A stretch of 24,000 nucleotides of DNA from Thermococcus sibiricus MM 739 (GCF_000022545.1 NC_012883.1:712276-736275), one strand, 5' to 3'. Shown: positions 16,379 through 24,000, numbered from the stretch's first letter. Program-made: numbers and translations. The notes: generated from the sequence alone by a model not told the origin.

Positions 16379-16891
16379 ATGATTGTCATTGTGCTTGATA
16401 CCAATGTGCTTAGAAGAGCTCTTGAAGAAGAAAAAGGTCTAAAAGGTGATGAGGGAACTAAACTTGCATATGAAATCATTACAGAGTTGATTAAAATTAA
16501 ACATGAAGATACCATTTTTGTAATTAATGAAGATACCGCAAGTGAGTATTATCGTCATTTAGAGGCTCTTAAGAAGCGACTCAAGCAGTCAAGAATCACC
16601 CCACAGTCTTTCAAATTGCTTTCCTCAATACTACGAAAAATGAGAAAAGTTCCAACAGAAAATCATAAGTTTGAGATAGAAGGGGAAGCCATTGGGAGAA
16701 AGGACTATTATTTGCTAAATTCTGCAAAAACAGGGGCCTTAGAGTTCAAAGTTGAAGATGCATTCGTTTTAACTTTTGCCCAAGATGTTTATAGAAGCAA
16801 GAGGGCCAAAAATGGCCACGGGGTTACTATCTACTTAATCAATCTTAAAGATGAAAAAGAAAGAAAACTTCTTGCGCAAAGGATTACTTAA
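16379..16891 (+). CDS. PIN-like domain protein (putative nuclease partner of the ATPase)
   Basis: 170 aa. N-terminal 'MIVIVLDTNVL' is the classic PIN strand-1 Asp motif. Further acidic positions at 'VINEDTASE', 'RKDYYLLNSA' and 'VEDAFVLTFAQD'. A GAGGGG RBS overlaps the ATPase stop, with a 10-nt gap. Confidence 0.55.
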   Translation: MIVIVLDTNVLRRALEEEKGLKGDEGTKLAYEIITELIKIKHEDTIFVINEDTASEYYRHLEALKKRLKQSRITPQSFKLLSSILRKMRKVPTENHKFEIEGEAIGRKDYYLLNSAKTGALEFKVEDAFVLTFAQDVYRSKRAKNGHGVTIYLINLKDEKERKLLAQRIT

Positions 16892-16893
16892 AT

Positions 16894-17574
16894 TTAAGGC
16901 TTTCTGACAACTATCAAGGCGTGGTCTTTCTCGTAGGGCTCTAGTGAAATTCTTTCAACTACCTCAAAGTATTCACTGAGTTCTTTTTCAACTTCTCTAA
17001 AAACTTCTTCAGGTTCTTTTGTCACGTCTATGCTTCTGCTCTTAATTGAAATCATTCCATATCCGCCGCTCTTCAAGTAGGCCTTTGCGTTATCAATGAG
17101 TATTTTGGCTTGTGTTGGCTGGGCAACGTCCTCAAAAATTACATCCACTTTTGTAACAAGGGCCCTATACTCTTCAGGTTTTGTTGCGTCACCTAAGATG
17201 GGTACGATATTTCTTCTCTCTTCCACAAGGGGAACTAATTCTCTAAGGACTCTCGGTGAGAACTCAATACCGAAGATTTTTCCTTCCCAGCCTATGATGT
17301 CGCTTACGTGTGAAGCCGTAGTACCGCTTGCTATTCCCAGGTAAAGGACAGTAGTTCCGGGCTTTATTGGGAAATTTTTGAGGTCGTTGAGAATTGCCGC
17401 GGCAAGCTTTGACCTGTTTGGATTCCAGATTCTATATTCCTCGCCTTTCCATTTGACTATTCTCTCTCCATAAACCTTTTGACCGGGCACTAGATTTTTA
17501 GTTGCTATTCTTTCACTTCCGTCATCTTCAATAACAGTATAGACTCCAGGGAATTTATGCTTTTTAACGTTCAT
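16894..17574 (-). CDS. flpA: Fibrillarin, C/D box sRNP 2'-O-methyltransferase
   Basis: 226 aa. '[16 protein letters not shown]', SAM motif '[18 protein letters not shown]', '[13 protein letters not shown]'. 5-nt gap after nop5. Confidence 0.96.
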   Translation of the reverse strand: MNVKKHKFPGVYTVIEDDGSERIATKNLVPGQKVYGERIVKWKGEEYRIWNPNRSKLAAAILNDLKNFPIKPGTTVLYLGIASGTTASHVSDIIGWEGKIFGIEFSPRVLRELVPLVEERRNIVPILGDATKPEEYRALVTKVDVIFEDVAQPTQAKILIDNAKAYLKSGGYGMISIKSRSIDVTKEPEEVFREVEKELSEYFEVVERISLEPYEKDHALIVVRKP

Positions 17575-17579
17575 TTACC

Positions 17580-18824
17580 TCACCTCCTCCTGGCTCTCTC
17601 TCCTCCTTTCTTTTGCTTTTTCTCTTTTCCTCTGAATTTCTTCTCTTTCCCTTTCTTTTTGAATTTTTTCTTCTTCTCTTTCTTCACTGGTTTTTCTTTT
17701 CGTTTTGGAGGGTTTGGATACTTCTCTTTGATCTCCTTTATTCTAATCTCGATCTCATTTTTGAGTTCTTCTGCTATATATTCGCCGGAGAAGTAGTCCA
17801 CTCTAGCAGCAATGGCTAATTTTCCAGCCAAAGCTCTTGCAATTTTTCCCCTCTGCCACCAGGGAGATTTGTTAATTGCAGGATACTGGTAGATAATACC
17901 ATGCTTTGGAGGTTTAGCACCGCTCCTTAAGTGCCTGAACAATGCTTTTTCTGCACCTAAAACCTGAATAGTAGAGGATGGCATCAGGGCCAGTTCTTTC
18001 AATCCTCCAGCCAAGCTTATTAACCTGGCTCCAAGCTTTGCACCTACTAGAGCTTTTAGATTGGGCGCGACGTCATCCATAGCTCTCTCAATGTAATCTT
18101 CTATCTCACTTCTTAGTTTGTATAAATCTTCTATTTCTTTAGCGAGGTTTTGGATAACTGTGATATCTTTTTGGTCCATCCAGGCACCCATTGTTTTTTC
18201 TTTGACTTCCAAAACTCTTGCTATCTTGTTTTCACCTAGACCAAAAGATTCTAGGTTTTCCCTCGTGATATTTTTTCTGTTTCCAATTTTTTTAATAAAG
18301 GCAACATATTGTGGGTGCTTGGGCAGAATCTCATCGATTTCGGGGAAGTGAAGTGAGTACCATTCTCTAAGTCTTGAAACTAGGAGGTTAATGACTTTAT
18401 CAATATCATCCAGCGCCTCTATGGCTTGAATTATCATTTTATCTCTTGCACCACTTTGCTCTTGTATCCTAGCTCTTGTGAGATTTATACTTGTTTTAAA
18501 GTATTTTTCAAACCAATCTGACCCTAAGAATTCTTCTGGATTTTCTCTAAGCTTCTCCCCTGCCAGGTTTGGAAATTCCACATCAACGTCAAACCCAGCT
18601 TCTCTGACTTTTCTACTTAGTTCAGGGTGCTCGACAGCAAACCTTGAATATCCATTTTCTTTCAATTCTTCCAAAAGATCAAGGAGGTCATCAATGATTT
18701 CTCCCTTAAGTAGTTTGTCTAGTGCGGCTTCTGGACTCTCTGTGAAGATTCTCTTTCCAATGAGATTGCCACCCTCATCAAAGGCATAAATCCCCTGTAC
18801 ATTTTCGCTTATGTATGCTTTCAT
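17580..18824 (-). CDS. nop5: Nop5 (Nop56/58) C/D box sRNP core protein with a lysine-rich C-terminal tail
   Basis: NOSIC/Nop domain 'AKLGARLISLAGGLKELALMPSSTIQVLGAEKALFRHL'. Tail 'KRKEKPVKKEKKKKFKKKGKEKKFRGKEKKQKKGG'. Start set at the ATG at 18824 ('MKAYISEN'), 5 nt after GGTGA. Confidence 0.93.
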   Translation of the reverse strand: MKAYISENVQGIYAFDEGGNLIGKRIFTESPEAALDKLLKGEIIDDLLDLLEELKENGYSRFAVEHPELSRKVREAGFDVDVEFPNLAGEKLRENPEEFLGSDWFEKYFKTSINLTRARIQEQSGARDKMIIQAIEALDDIDKVINLLVSRLREWYSLHFPEIDEILPKHPQYVAFIKKIGNRKNITRENLESFGLGENKIARVLEVKEKTMGAWMDQKDITVIQNLAKEIEDLYKLRSEIEDYIERAMDDVAPNLKALVGAKLGARLISLAGGLKELALMPSSTIQVLGAEKALFRHLRSGAKPPKHGIIYQYPAINKSPWWQRGKIARALAGKLAIAARVDYFSGEYIAEELKNEIEIRIKEIKEKYPNPPKRKEKPVKKEKKKKFKKKGKEKKFRGKEKKQKKGGERARRR

Positions 18825-19013
18825 GAGCATCACCTTTTCTATTCTTTGCTAAAGAAGTATAAAAGAGTTGGGCTTTTAAAGGTACGGAGCTGATAAACTT
18901 TATAGTCAATTGTCGAAAAAATATTACACATTTACCGAAAGACTTTTATAAGAGCCATACTTAACCTTCGAGAGAACACAGTCAAGTTCATTTAAAAAAG
19001 AAGGTGATGCCCA

Positions 19014-20066
19014 ATGAGACGGCTATTAAAACCAATTAAGGATGTAGGGATTGTTGGGTATGGTGCATATGTGCCAATGTTTAGAATTAAAAACGAGGAA
19101 ATTGGTAGAGTATGGGGTGTCAATGGGTTCCCCATACAAGAAAAATCTGTAAACAACTTGGATGAAGATGCAATTACTATTGGAATTGAAGCTGCGAGAA
19201 ATGCTCTTAAAAGAGCTCGTATAAACCCAAGAGAAATTAGAGCACTTTGGTTTGGTACAGAATCGAAGCCTTATGCTGTTAAACCTTCTGCAACCGTGAT
19301 AGCTGAAGCAATTGGAGCAACCCCTGATTTGGATGCAGCGGATTTTGAGTTTGCATGTAAGGCTGGAACTGAAGCCCTTCAAGCTGCAATAGGTTTTGTT
19401 GGGAGCGGAATGGCTAAATATGCTATGGCAATAGGAGCTGACACTTCTCAAGGAAGGCCCGGAGATCACTTGGAATTTACTGCATCGGCCGGAGGAGCCG
19501 CCTATATTGTGGGAGAAAAAACTTCTGATACATTAGCTTATTTTGAAGGAAGTTACTCTTATGTAACTGACACGCCAGATTTCTGGAGAAGGCAACACGA
19601 ACATTATCCAAGACACGGAAATAGATTTACTGGAGAACCAGCTTATTTCCACCAAATAATAAGTGCTGCAAAAGGTCTAATGGAAGAACTTGATTATTCT
19701 CCAAGTGATTTTGATTTCGCTGTTTTTCACCAGCCAAATGTCAAGTTTCCCCTCACAGTAGCAAAAATTCTTGGGATTCCAAAAGAGAAAGTTCTTCCAG
19801 GGTTGCTTAGTGGGATAATAGGGAACACATACAGCGGTGCAACCCTTGTGGGTATTTCGGCTGTTTTGGACATAGCAAAGCCGGGAGATAGAATTCTTTG
19901 GGTAAGCTTTGGAAGCGGAGCAGGAAGCGATGCATTTAGCCTTATTGTACAAGATGCAATTGAGGAGAAGAGAGAGCTAGCACCAAAGACAATGGACTAT
20001 GTTAACAGGAAGAAATATCTTGATTATGCTCTATACGCAAAGCACAGAGGTAAGTACATCTTGTGA
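19014..20066 (+). CDS. Archaeal HMG-CoA synthase
   Basis: 350 aa. '[11 protein letters not shown]', catalytic Cys context '[14 protein letters not shown]', '[12 protein letters not shown]', 'GNTYSGA'. RBS AAGGTGAT 5 nt upstream of the start. Confidence 0.92.
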   Translation: MRRLLKPIKDVGIVGYGAYVPMFRIKNEEIGRVWGVNGFPIQEKSVNNLDEDAITIGIEAARNALKRARINPREIRALWFGTESKPYAVKPSATVIAEAIGATPDLDAADFEFACKAGTEALQAAIGFVGSGMAKYAMAIGADTSQGRPGDHLEFTASAGGAAYIVGEKTSDTLAYFEGSYSYVTDTPDFWRRQHEHYPRHGNRFTGEPAYFHQIISAAKGLMEELDYSPSDFDFAVFHQPNVKFPLTVAKILGIPKEKVLPGLLSGIIGNTYSGATLVGISAVLDIAKPGDRILWVSFGSGAGSDAFSLIVQDAIEEKRELAPKTMDYVNRKKYLDYALYAKHRGKYIL

Positions 20067-20076
20067 GGTGGTTAAA

Positions 20077-21234
20077 ATGAGGAAGCCAGTGATTATTGGT
20101 GTGGGGCTAACTCCGGTTGGAGAACACTGGAGACTTGGTCTTAGGGACCTAGCAGTTGAAGCATTGCTCAATGCCATGGAGGATGCAGGCATTGATAAGG
20201 TGGATTCCCTCTATGTGGGAAATATGGCCTCAGGTTCATTCGTTGAGCAAGAAAACCTTGGTGCATTAATAGCTGACTGGGCAGGTCTTGGAAATATTCC
20301 AGCGGTTAAAGTCGAAGCTGCATGTGCTTCTGGAGGAGCTGCCGTTCAAGAGGGAGTAAAAGCAGTTATGAGCGGCCTTGAAGATGTTGTTGCCGTTGTA
20401 GGCGTTGAAAAGATGACCGATGCATGGCCAAGCGACGCTACAAGGTACCTCGCTTATGCTGCGGATGCAGAGTGGGAGCTCTTCCACGGGGTGAGCTTTG
20501 TTGCTTTAAACGCTCTCGCCATGAGGCTCTACATGAAGGAATACGGCTATACCGAAGAGGATTTGGCGCTATTTGCGGTTAACGCTCACACAAACGGTGC
20601 TAAAAACTCATATGCAATGTTCAAAAAGCCGATAACAGTTGAGACCGTTATGAAGAGCTCCTATGTAGCTGATCCGATAAAGCTCTTTGATGCTTCCCCA
20701 ATAGCCGACGGGGCTGCCGCGGTAATAATAACCACTGAAGAAAAAGCCAAGGAATTCGTGGATAAGGCGAAGATAGTCGAAGTTGCCGGAATGGGGAGGG
20801 CAATAGATACGATAAACCTAGCAAACAGAAGGGAGTTCCTATTCCTCAAGGCTGCAAAGGTTGCTGCTGAGAGGGCATACAAAATGGCGGGAATTAGCGT
20901 TGGTGACATAGACTTCTTTGAGGTTCACGATGCCTTTACTATAATGGCTGCCCTAAGTTTGGAGTCAATAGGTGCTGTAGAGAGAGGAAAAGGCGCAATG
21001 CTTGCAAAAGAGGGGCAGATAGCCATAGATGGAGACTATCCGATTCAAACTTTGGGTGGACTGAAAGCAAGAGGGCATCCGGTAGGAGCAACTGGAGTTT
21101 ATCAAACTGTTGAAGCAGTATGGCAGCTTAGGGGAGAGGCTCCAAATCAAGTGCCAAATGCTGAGATAGGATTGACACAAAACATAGGTGGAACTGGTTC
21201 AAATATAACTGTAACCATATTAAGGAGGGTCTGA
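20077..21234 (+). CDS. Acetyl-CoA acetyltransferase (archaeal thiolase)
   Basis: Catalytic Cys 'VEAACASGGAAV', 'FEVHDAFT', 'GHPVGATGV', 'NIGGTGS'. Start set at the ATG at 20077 behind GAGGTGG. The 19999 start would overlap the HMGCS gene. Confidence 0.92.
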   Translation: MRKPVIIGVGLTPVGEHWRLGLRDLAVEALLNAMEDAGIDKVDSLYVGNMASGSFVEQENLGALIADWAGLGNIPAVKVEAACASGGAAVQEGVKAVMSGLEDVVAVVGVEKMTDAWPSDATRYLAYAADAEWELFHGVSFVALNALAMRLYMKEYGYTEEDLALFAVNAHTNGAKNSYAMFKKPITVETVMKSSYVADPIKLFDASPIADGAAAVIITTEEKAKEFVDKAKIVEVAGMGRAIDTINLANRREFLFLKAAKVAAERAYKMAGISVGDIDFFEVHDAFTIMAALSLESIGAVERGKGAMLAKEGQIAIDGDYPIQTLGGLKARGHPVGATGVYQTVEAVWQLRGEAPNQVPNAEIGLTQNIGGTGSNITVTILRRV

Positions 21235-21236
21235 AA

Positions 21237-21644
21237 ATGGGAAGGCCAATGCAAGTTTCTAGATATTGGAGACACTTTAAAGAAAAGTATCGCCTCATAG
21301 GTGGTAAATGTAAGAACTGTGGTCATGTTCACTTCCCAAAGAGGCCCATATGTCCCGAATGTGGAAGCCAGGAGATAGAGGACTTCCAGTTCAGCGGGAA
21401 AGGTAAAGTAGTTAGCTGGACTATAGTGAGAAACCCACCAAGCGGTTATGAGTACTACAAGCCCTATCCAATAGCCCTAGTTGAGCTTGAGGAGGGGCCG
21501 GTGGTTTTGACCCAGCTCACAGATGTTGATCCAGAGGAAATATACTTTGGAATGGAAGTGGAAATGGTCACGAGAAAAGTAAGGGAGTTCGAAGAAGACG
21601 GAATAATCTTGTATGGTTATAAGTTCAGGCCTCCGATAAAGTGA
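21237..21644 (+). CDS. DUF35 zinc-ribbon/OB-fold protein (scaffold of the thiolase/HMG-CoA synthase complex)
   Basis: 135 aa. Zn ribbon 'CKNCGHVHFPKRPICPECGS' followed by an OB-fold segment. 2-nt gap after the thiolase gene. Confidence 0.88.
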   Translation: MGRPMQVSRYWRHFKEKYRLIGGKCKNCGHVHFPKRPICPECGSQEIEDFQFSGKGKVVSWTIVRNPPSGYEYYKPYPIALVELEEGPVVLTQLTDVDPEEIYFGMEVEMVTRKVREFEEDGIILYGYKFRPPIK

Positions 21645-21726
21645 CTTTTCTTCCATTTATCTATTTTTTGAATTAGTAGTTTTGGTTTACATAATTGTTT
21701 TAAACTCAATGTGAGCTATTACCCTT

Positions 21727-22139
21727 ATGAACATAATACTTGGTGTAGTGCTGGTGATCTCAGCGGCTTTTTCATTGGCTTTGGCTCGGTGTTTTCTAAA
21801 ATACTGATGAAAACTATAACTCCCTTTGCCATAAATATCATTAGGCTTATAATAGGTGGCGTTTTTTATTTTGTGGCACTTTTGTATCTTGGATTTCCTT
21901 CTTTTAGTCGGGAAGTATGGGCTATCTTAATCCTTTCAGGAATTTTAGGGTTCACTGTGGCAGATTGGATGTTTCTTGAGGGAATAAACTACCTTGGGGT
22001 TTCGAGGGCCTCCCTACTGCTGACCTCATCCCCGCCCTAAAGGGCAAGGTTTTCAAAAGAAAAAGCAATTCTATTAAAAGAGAGATTCTCAAGAAGACTA
22101 TTGTATGCGCTGATTTTAACATCTTTGGGTGTCTACTAA
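21727..22139 (+). pseudogene. Decayed single-domain EamA/DMT-family transporter
   Basis: ATG 21727 gives 'MNIILGVVLVISAAF' then shifts frame at the T5 run 21768-21772 into 'FIGFGSVFSKILMKTITPFAINIIRLIIGG...GVSRASLLLTSSPP'. After an in-frame TAA at 22038-22040 the same frame continues 'KAILLKERFSRRLLYALILTSLGVY'. Confidence 0.6.
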
Positions 22140-22152
22140 TTGCTCGCTGGGG

Positions 22153-22713
22153 TTAGTTTTTGTACTGTTGCTTTTGTTGGTTTTCTTTTGTTTGAGAATC
22201 TGATTCTCTCTTTAGATCTTTTACCATCCTCACCCAGATCCCACTCTTGCCGACAACTTTAAAGCCAAGTTTCTCGTAAAATTCTATTGCTTTTTTGTTC
22301 TTTTCTCCGACCCATAGCTCTATTCTGTTGTTGTATTTGCTTAGGTGTTCTAAGCACCTATCCATCAATTTCGTTCCAACATTTTTCCCTTGATAACCTT
22401 TATCAACTACGAACTCATGAATAGCTCCCACAATCTTGTTTTCATACCGACTATGCCAATCATTATCGCATACAATAAAACCCACTACTCTGTCTCTGTC
22501 CTTTGCAACAAAGAATCCATCACTGGCCTTGCTCCAGCACCAGCGAAGGTATCGCTTGGCATAACTTTCTCCTTCACCGCCGTATTCCCTCATCCCTTCG
22601 TAACCTCTCATATAAATCTCTACGAGGGTTTCAAGAGTCTCCTGATCCATTCTCTTGAGCTTCTCTATCTTGATTTTGTTGTTATTGTTCTTGTGCTCCT
22701 CTTCTGCATCCAT
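22153..22713 (-). CDS. GNAT family N-acetyltransferase
   Basis: 186 aa. Motif A 'IHEFVVDKGYQGKNVGTKLM', C-terminal 'AIEFYEKLGFKVVG'. Low-complexity K/N/Q-rich termini. Confidence 0.85.
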   Translation of the reverse strand: MDAEEEHKNNNNKIKIEKLKRMDQETLETLVEIYMRGYEGMREYGGEGESYAKRYLRWCWSKASDGFFVAKDRDRVVGFIVCDNDWHSRYENKIVGAIHEFVVDKGYQGKNVGTKLMDRCLEHLSKYNNRIELWVGEKNKKAIEFYEKLGFKVVGKSGIWVRMVKDLKRESDSQTKENQQKQQYKN

Positions 22714-22742
22714 ATCTATCGGGAATAAATTTAGCAGATGGG

Positions 22743-22750
22743 TTTATAAA
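22743..22750. promoter_or_regulatory. Palindromic TATA box TTTATAAA between divergent GNAT and mbf1
   Basis: This is the only TATA-like element in the 81-bp spacer. It lies 45 nt from the mbf1 ATG (22795) and 30 nt from the GNAT ATG (22713). Confidence 0.4.
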
Positions 22751-22794
22751 ATCTAACCTTCAAGTCAGAGTAGAGTGAGTTGAAGGTGGTTTTA

Positions 22795-23325
22795 ATGGCA
22801 AAAGCCAAACCAAGAATTTGTGAAATCTGTGGAGCAGAAATAGGAGGTAAAGGCCATACAGTGAAAATAGAAGGTGCTGAGCTTTTAGTGTGCCACAGAT
22901 GTTATGAAAAGTATGGTAGGAAAAAACCTGGCACTTGGAGTCCAATGCCAACGGGAAGAGAACCTAGGAGGAGATACGCTTCAAAACCAAGATCTAAACC
23001 AGCTCCAACAAGACGGAAACCACTGTATACAGAGGATATAGTGGAAGATTATGCGGATAGAGTGAGAGAGGCCATTCAAAAAAGCGGGTTAAGCTACGAA
23101 GAGCTTTCCCATATGGTGGGCCTTTCTACGAATTTAATTAGAAGAATAGCACATGGAGAGTATATACCCACCATAGACGAAGCGAAGAAGTTGGAGCGCT
23201 ACTTTAAAATAAAGCTCATTGAAAGGGTCGAAGAGGAAGTGAAGGAGAAAGCGAGTATACCAAAGGATTACGAGCCAACACTTGGAGATATTGCTAATAT
23301 CAGAGTCAAGAAGAAAAAGAAGTAG
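22795..23325 (+). CDS. mbf1: Archaeal multiprotein bridging factor 1 (Zn-ribbon plus cro/C1 HTH)
   Basis: 'CEICGAEI...LLVCHRCYEKYG' zinc ribbon, basic linker, HTH 'LSYEELSHMVGLSTNLIRRIAHGEYIPTIDEAKKLERYF'. Start at the ATG at 22795 behind GAAGGTGG. Confidence 0.9.
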   Translation: MAKAKPRICEICGAEIGGKGHTVKIEGAELLVCHRCYEKYGRKKPGTWSPMPTGREPRRRYASKPRSKPAPTRRKPLYTEDIVEDYADRVREAIQKSGLSYEELSHMVGLSTNLIRRIAHGEYIPTIDEAKKLERYFKIKLIERVEEEVKEKASIPKDYEPTLGDIANIRVKKKKK

Positions 23326-23709
23326 CTATTCCTCTTCAATTTCCTCTTCTTGAACCTTCTTTGGTGGATAAAAACCTTTCAATACTTCAAATGTCCCCCA
23401 TAGTTTAAGGAGTTCTTTGTGAACGGGAGTATCTGGAGGAATTACGATTATATGAGCAGGGGGGTGTATCTCCCTTAATCTCCCTATGGCCTTGGCAGGT
23501 GGTAGATCTACTTGGGCCACAACATGAGCCCGATATTTTTTCTTGGGTTCTTCTCCTACAATTTTTTCAACGGCCCAATCTGAAAGGGCTGGGGGTATTA
23601 TCTTCGGCTTACCCCGTATTTCCATCCCAGCATATCTCACTAAATCAGCCAATGCTATTAGAGCCTTGTCGAAGTTGTCTGTCCTTATCAAAACCATCGT
23701 GTTTAACAT
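23326..23709 (-). CDS. Conserved-looking hypothetical protein, 127 aa, acidic C-terminus
   Basis: Open frame with a GGTGAG RBS 3-4 nt upstream of the ATG. I recognise no motif. Convergent with mbf1 with zero spacing. Confidence 0.55.
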   Translation of the reverse strand: MLNTMVLIRTDNFDKALIALADLVRYAGMEIRGKPKIIPPALSDWAVEKIVGEEPKKKYRAHVVAQVDLPPAKAIGRLREIHPPAHIIVIPPDTPVHKELLKLWGTFEVLKGFYPPKKVQEEEIEEE

Positions 23710-23775
23710 GTTCTCACCGAGAAAAGGTAAGTTGAGAGGTATTTAAAGATATAGTATTGTATTTTTATAGTGAGG

Positions 23776-23788
23776 AAAAATTTATAAG
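23776..23788 (+). promoter_or_regulatory. Putative tRNA-Val promoter (GAAAAA BRE plus TTTATAAG)
   Basis: TTTATAAG at 23781-23788, with its 3' end 36 nt upstream of tRNA position 1. Confidence 0.5.
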
Positions 23789-23823
23789 TACAGGTCGGAA
23801 GAGATATGAGTGTCTTTTCGGGC

Positions 23824-23901
23824 GGGCCCGTGGTCTAGACTGGTTATGACGTCGCCCTCACACGGCGAAGGTCCGGGGTTCGAATCCCCGCGGGCCCACC
23901 A
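23824..23901 (+). tRNA. tRNA-Val: tRNA-Val (anticodon CAC) with genomically encoded CCA
   Basis: Hand-folded cloverleaf. Acceptor GGGCCCG/CGGGCCC. Anticodon stem TCGCC/GGCGA with loop CTCACAC (CAC at 23859-23861). T arm CGGGG-TTCGAAT-CCCCG. Discriminator A, then CCA at 23899-23901. Confidence 0.93.
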
Positions 23902-24000
23902 TAGGGATTTTATGAAGTTCATAATATCATTCTCCCCAAAGAGGCCTCTTCTGAGCAGGATATTAATGGACTTAGATCTTTAACCTAGTTCCTCCCTCCA

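Noticed and set aside
17557-17819. Phe/Leu-rich plus-strand ORFs and a polypyrimidine tract of about 120 nt
   Set aside because: They are the antisense image of the lysine/glutamate-rich C-terminal tail of Nop5 (AAG/AAA/GAA codons). Coding of that known tail explains them, not a separate gene or repeat element.
19999-20076. Upstream start for the thiolase that would overlap HMGCS by 68 nt
   Set aside because: The ATG at 20077 follows GAGGTGG at ideal spacing and yields the canonical thiolase N-terminus 'MRKPVIIGVG'. The extension has no homology-like features.
19026-21332. Minus-strand ORFs (61-147 aa) inside the HMGCS, thiolase and DUF35 genes, and 11502-12537 inside the symporter
   Set aside because: They are antisense shadows of strongly supported genes, and their Cys/Ser-rich composition is not protein-like.
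21697-21705. GTTTTAAAC matches the SurR core GTTn3AAC upstream of the EamA remnant
   Set aside because: Only six bases are defined, and they are embedded in an AT-rich TATA-like stretch. There is no extended GTTn3AACn5GTT form, so a chance match is likely.
1-24000. CRISPR arrays, rRNA, IS elements and integrases
   Set aside because: I scanned both strands for regularly spaced direct repeats of 24-37 nt, transposase- or integrase-like ORFs and terminal inverted repeats, and found none.

Overview
Euryarchaeal chromosome segment that looks like Thermococcales (Thermococcus, Pyrococcus or Palaeococcus), judged from GGTGA-type RBSs, TTTATA/TTTAAA promoter boxes and the protein sequences. Positions 97-11213 (all minus strand) hold a complete, tightly packed archaellum locus. 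It runs wHTH regulator, SAM methyltransferase, a single archaellin (arlB), then arlC-D-F-G-H-I-J. Two further genes are fused to the 3' end of arlJ: a 645-aa glycoprotein-like surface protein and a KaiC/ArlH-like protein with no P-loop. The rest of the window is mostly housekeeping. It contains a frameshifted Na+/solute symporter, a second P-loop-less KaiC-like paralog, and enolase preceded by a Thermococcales glycolytic motif. It also contains fibrillarin with Nop5, the mevalonate-entry trio (HMG-CoA synthase, thiolase, DUF35 scaffold), a decayed EamA gene, a GNAT acetyltransferase, MBF1, a small conserved hypothetical and tRNA-Val(CAC). The best candidate for something undescribed is an AT-rich two-gene cassette at 15.3-16.9 kb between enolase and fibrillarin. 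It encodes an ABC-type (AAA_15/21, DUF3696-like) ATPase plus a PIN-like protein, resembling a defence module with a swapped nuclease. Its ATPase reading frame is broken twice, apparently at homopolymer runs. The second candidate is the pair of accessory genes coupled to arlJ. At least four frameshifts (three at or beside A/G/T runs of 4-5 nt, one at a TTT) plus one in-frame stop occur in the window, so assembly error must be separated from real gene decay. No CRISPR array, rRNA, transposase or integrase was seen.
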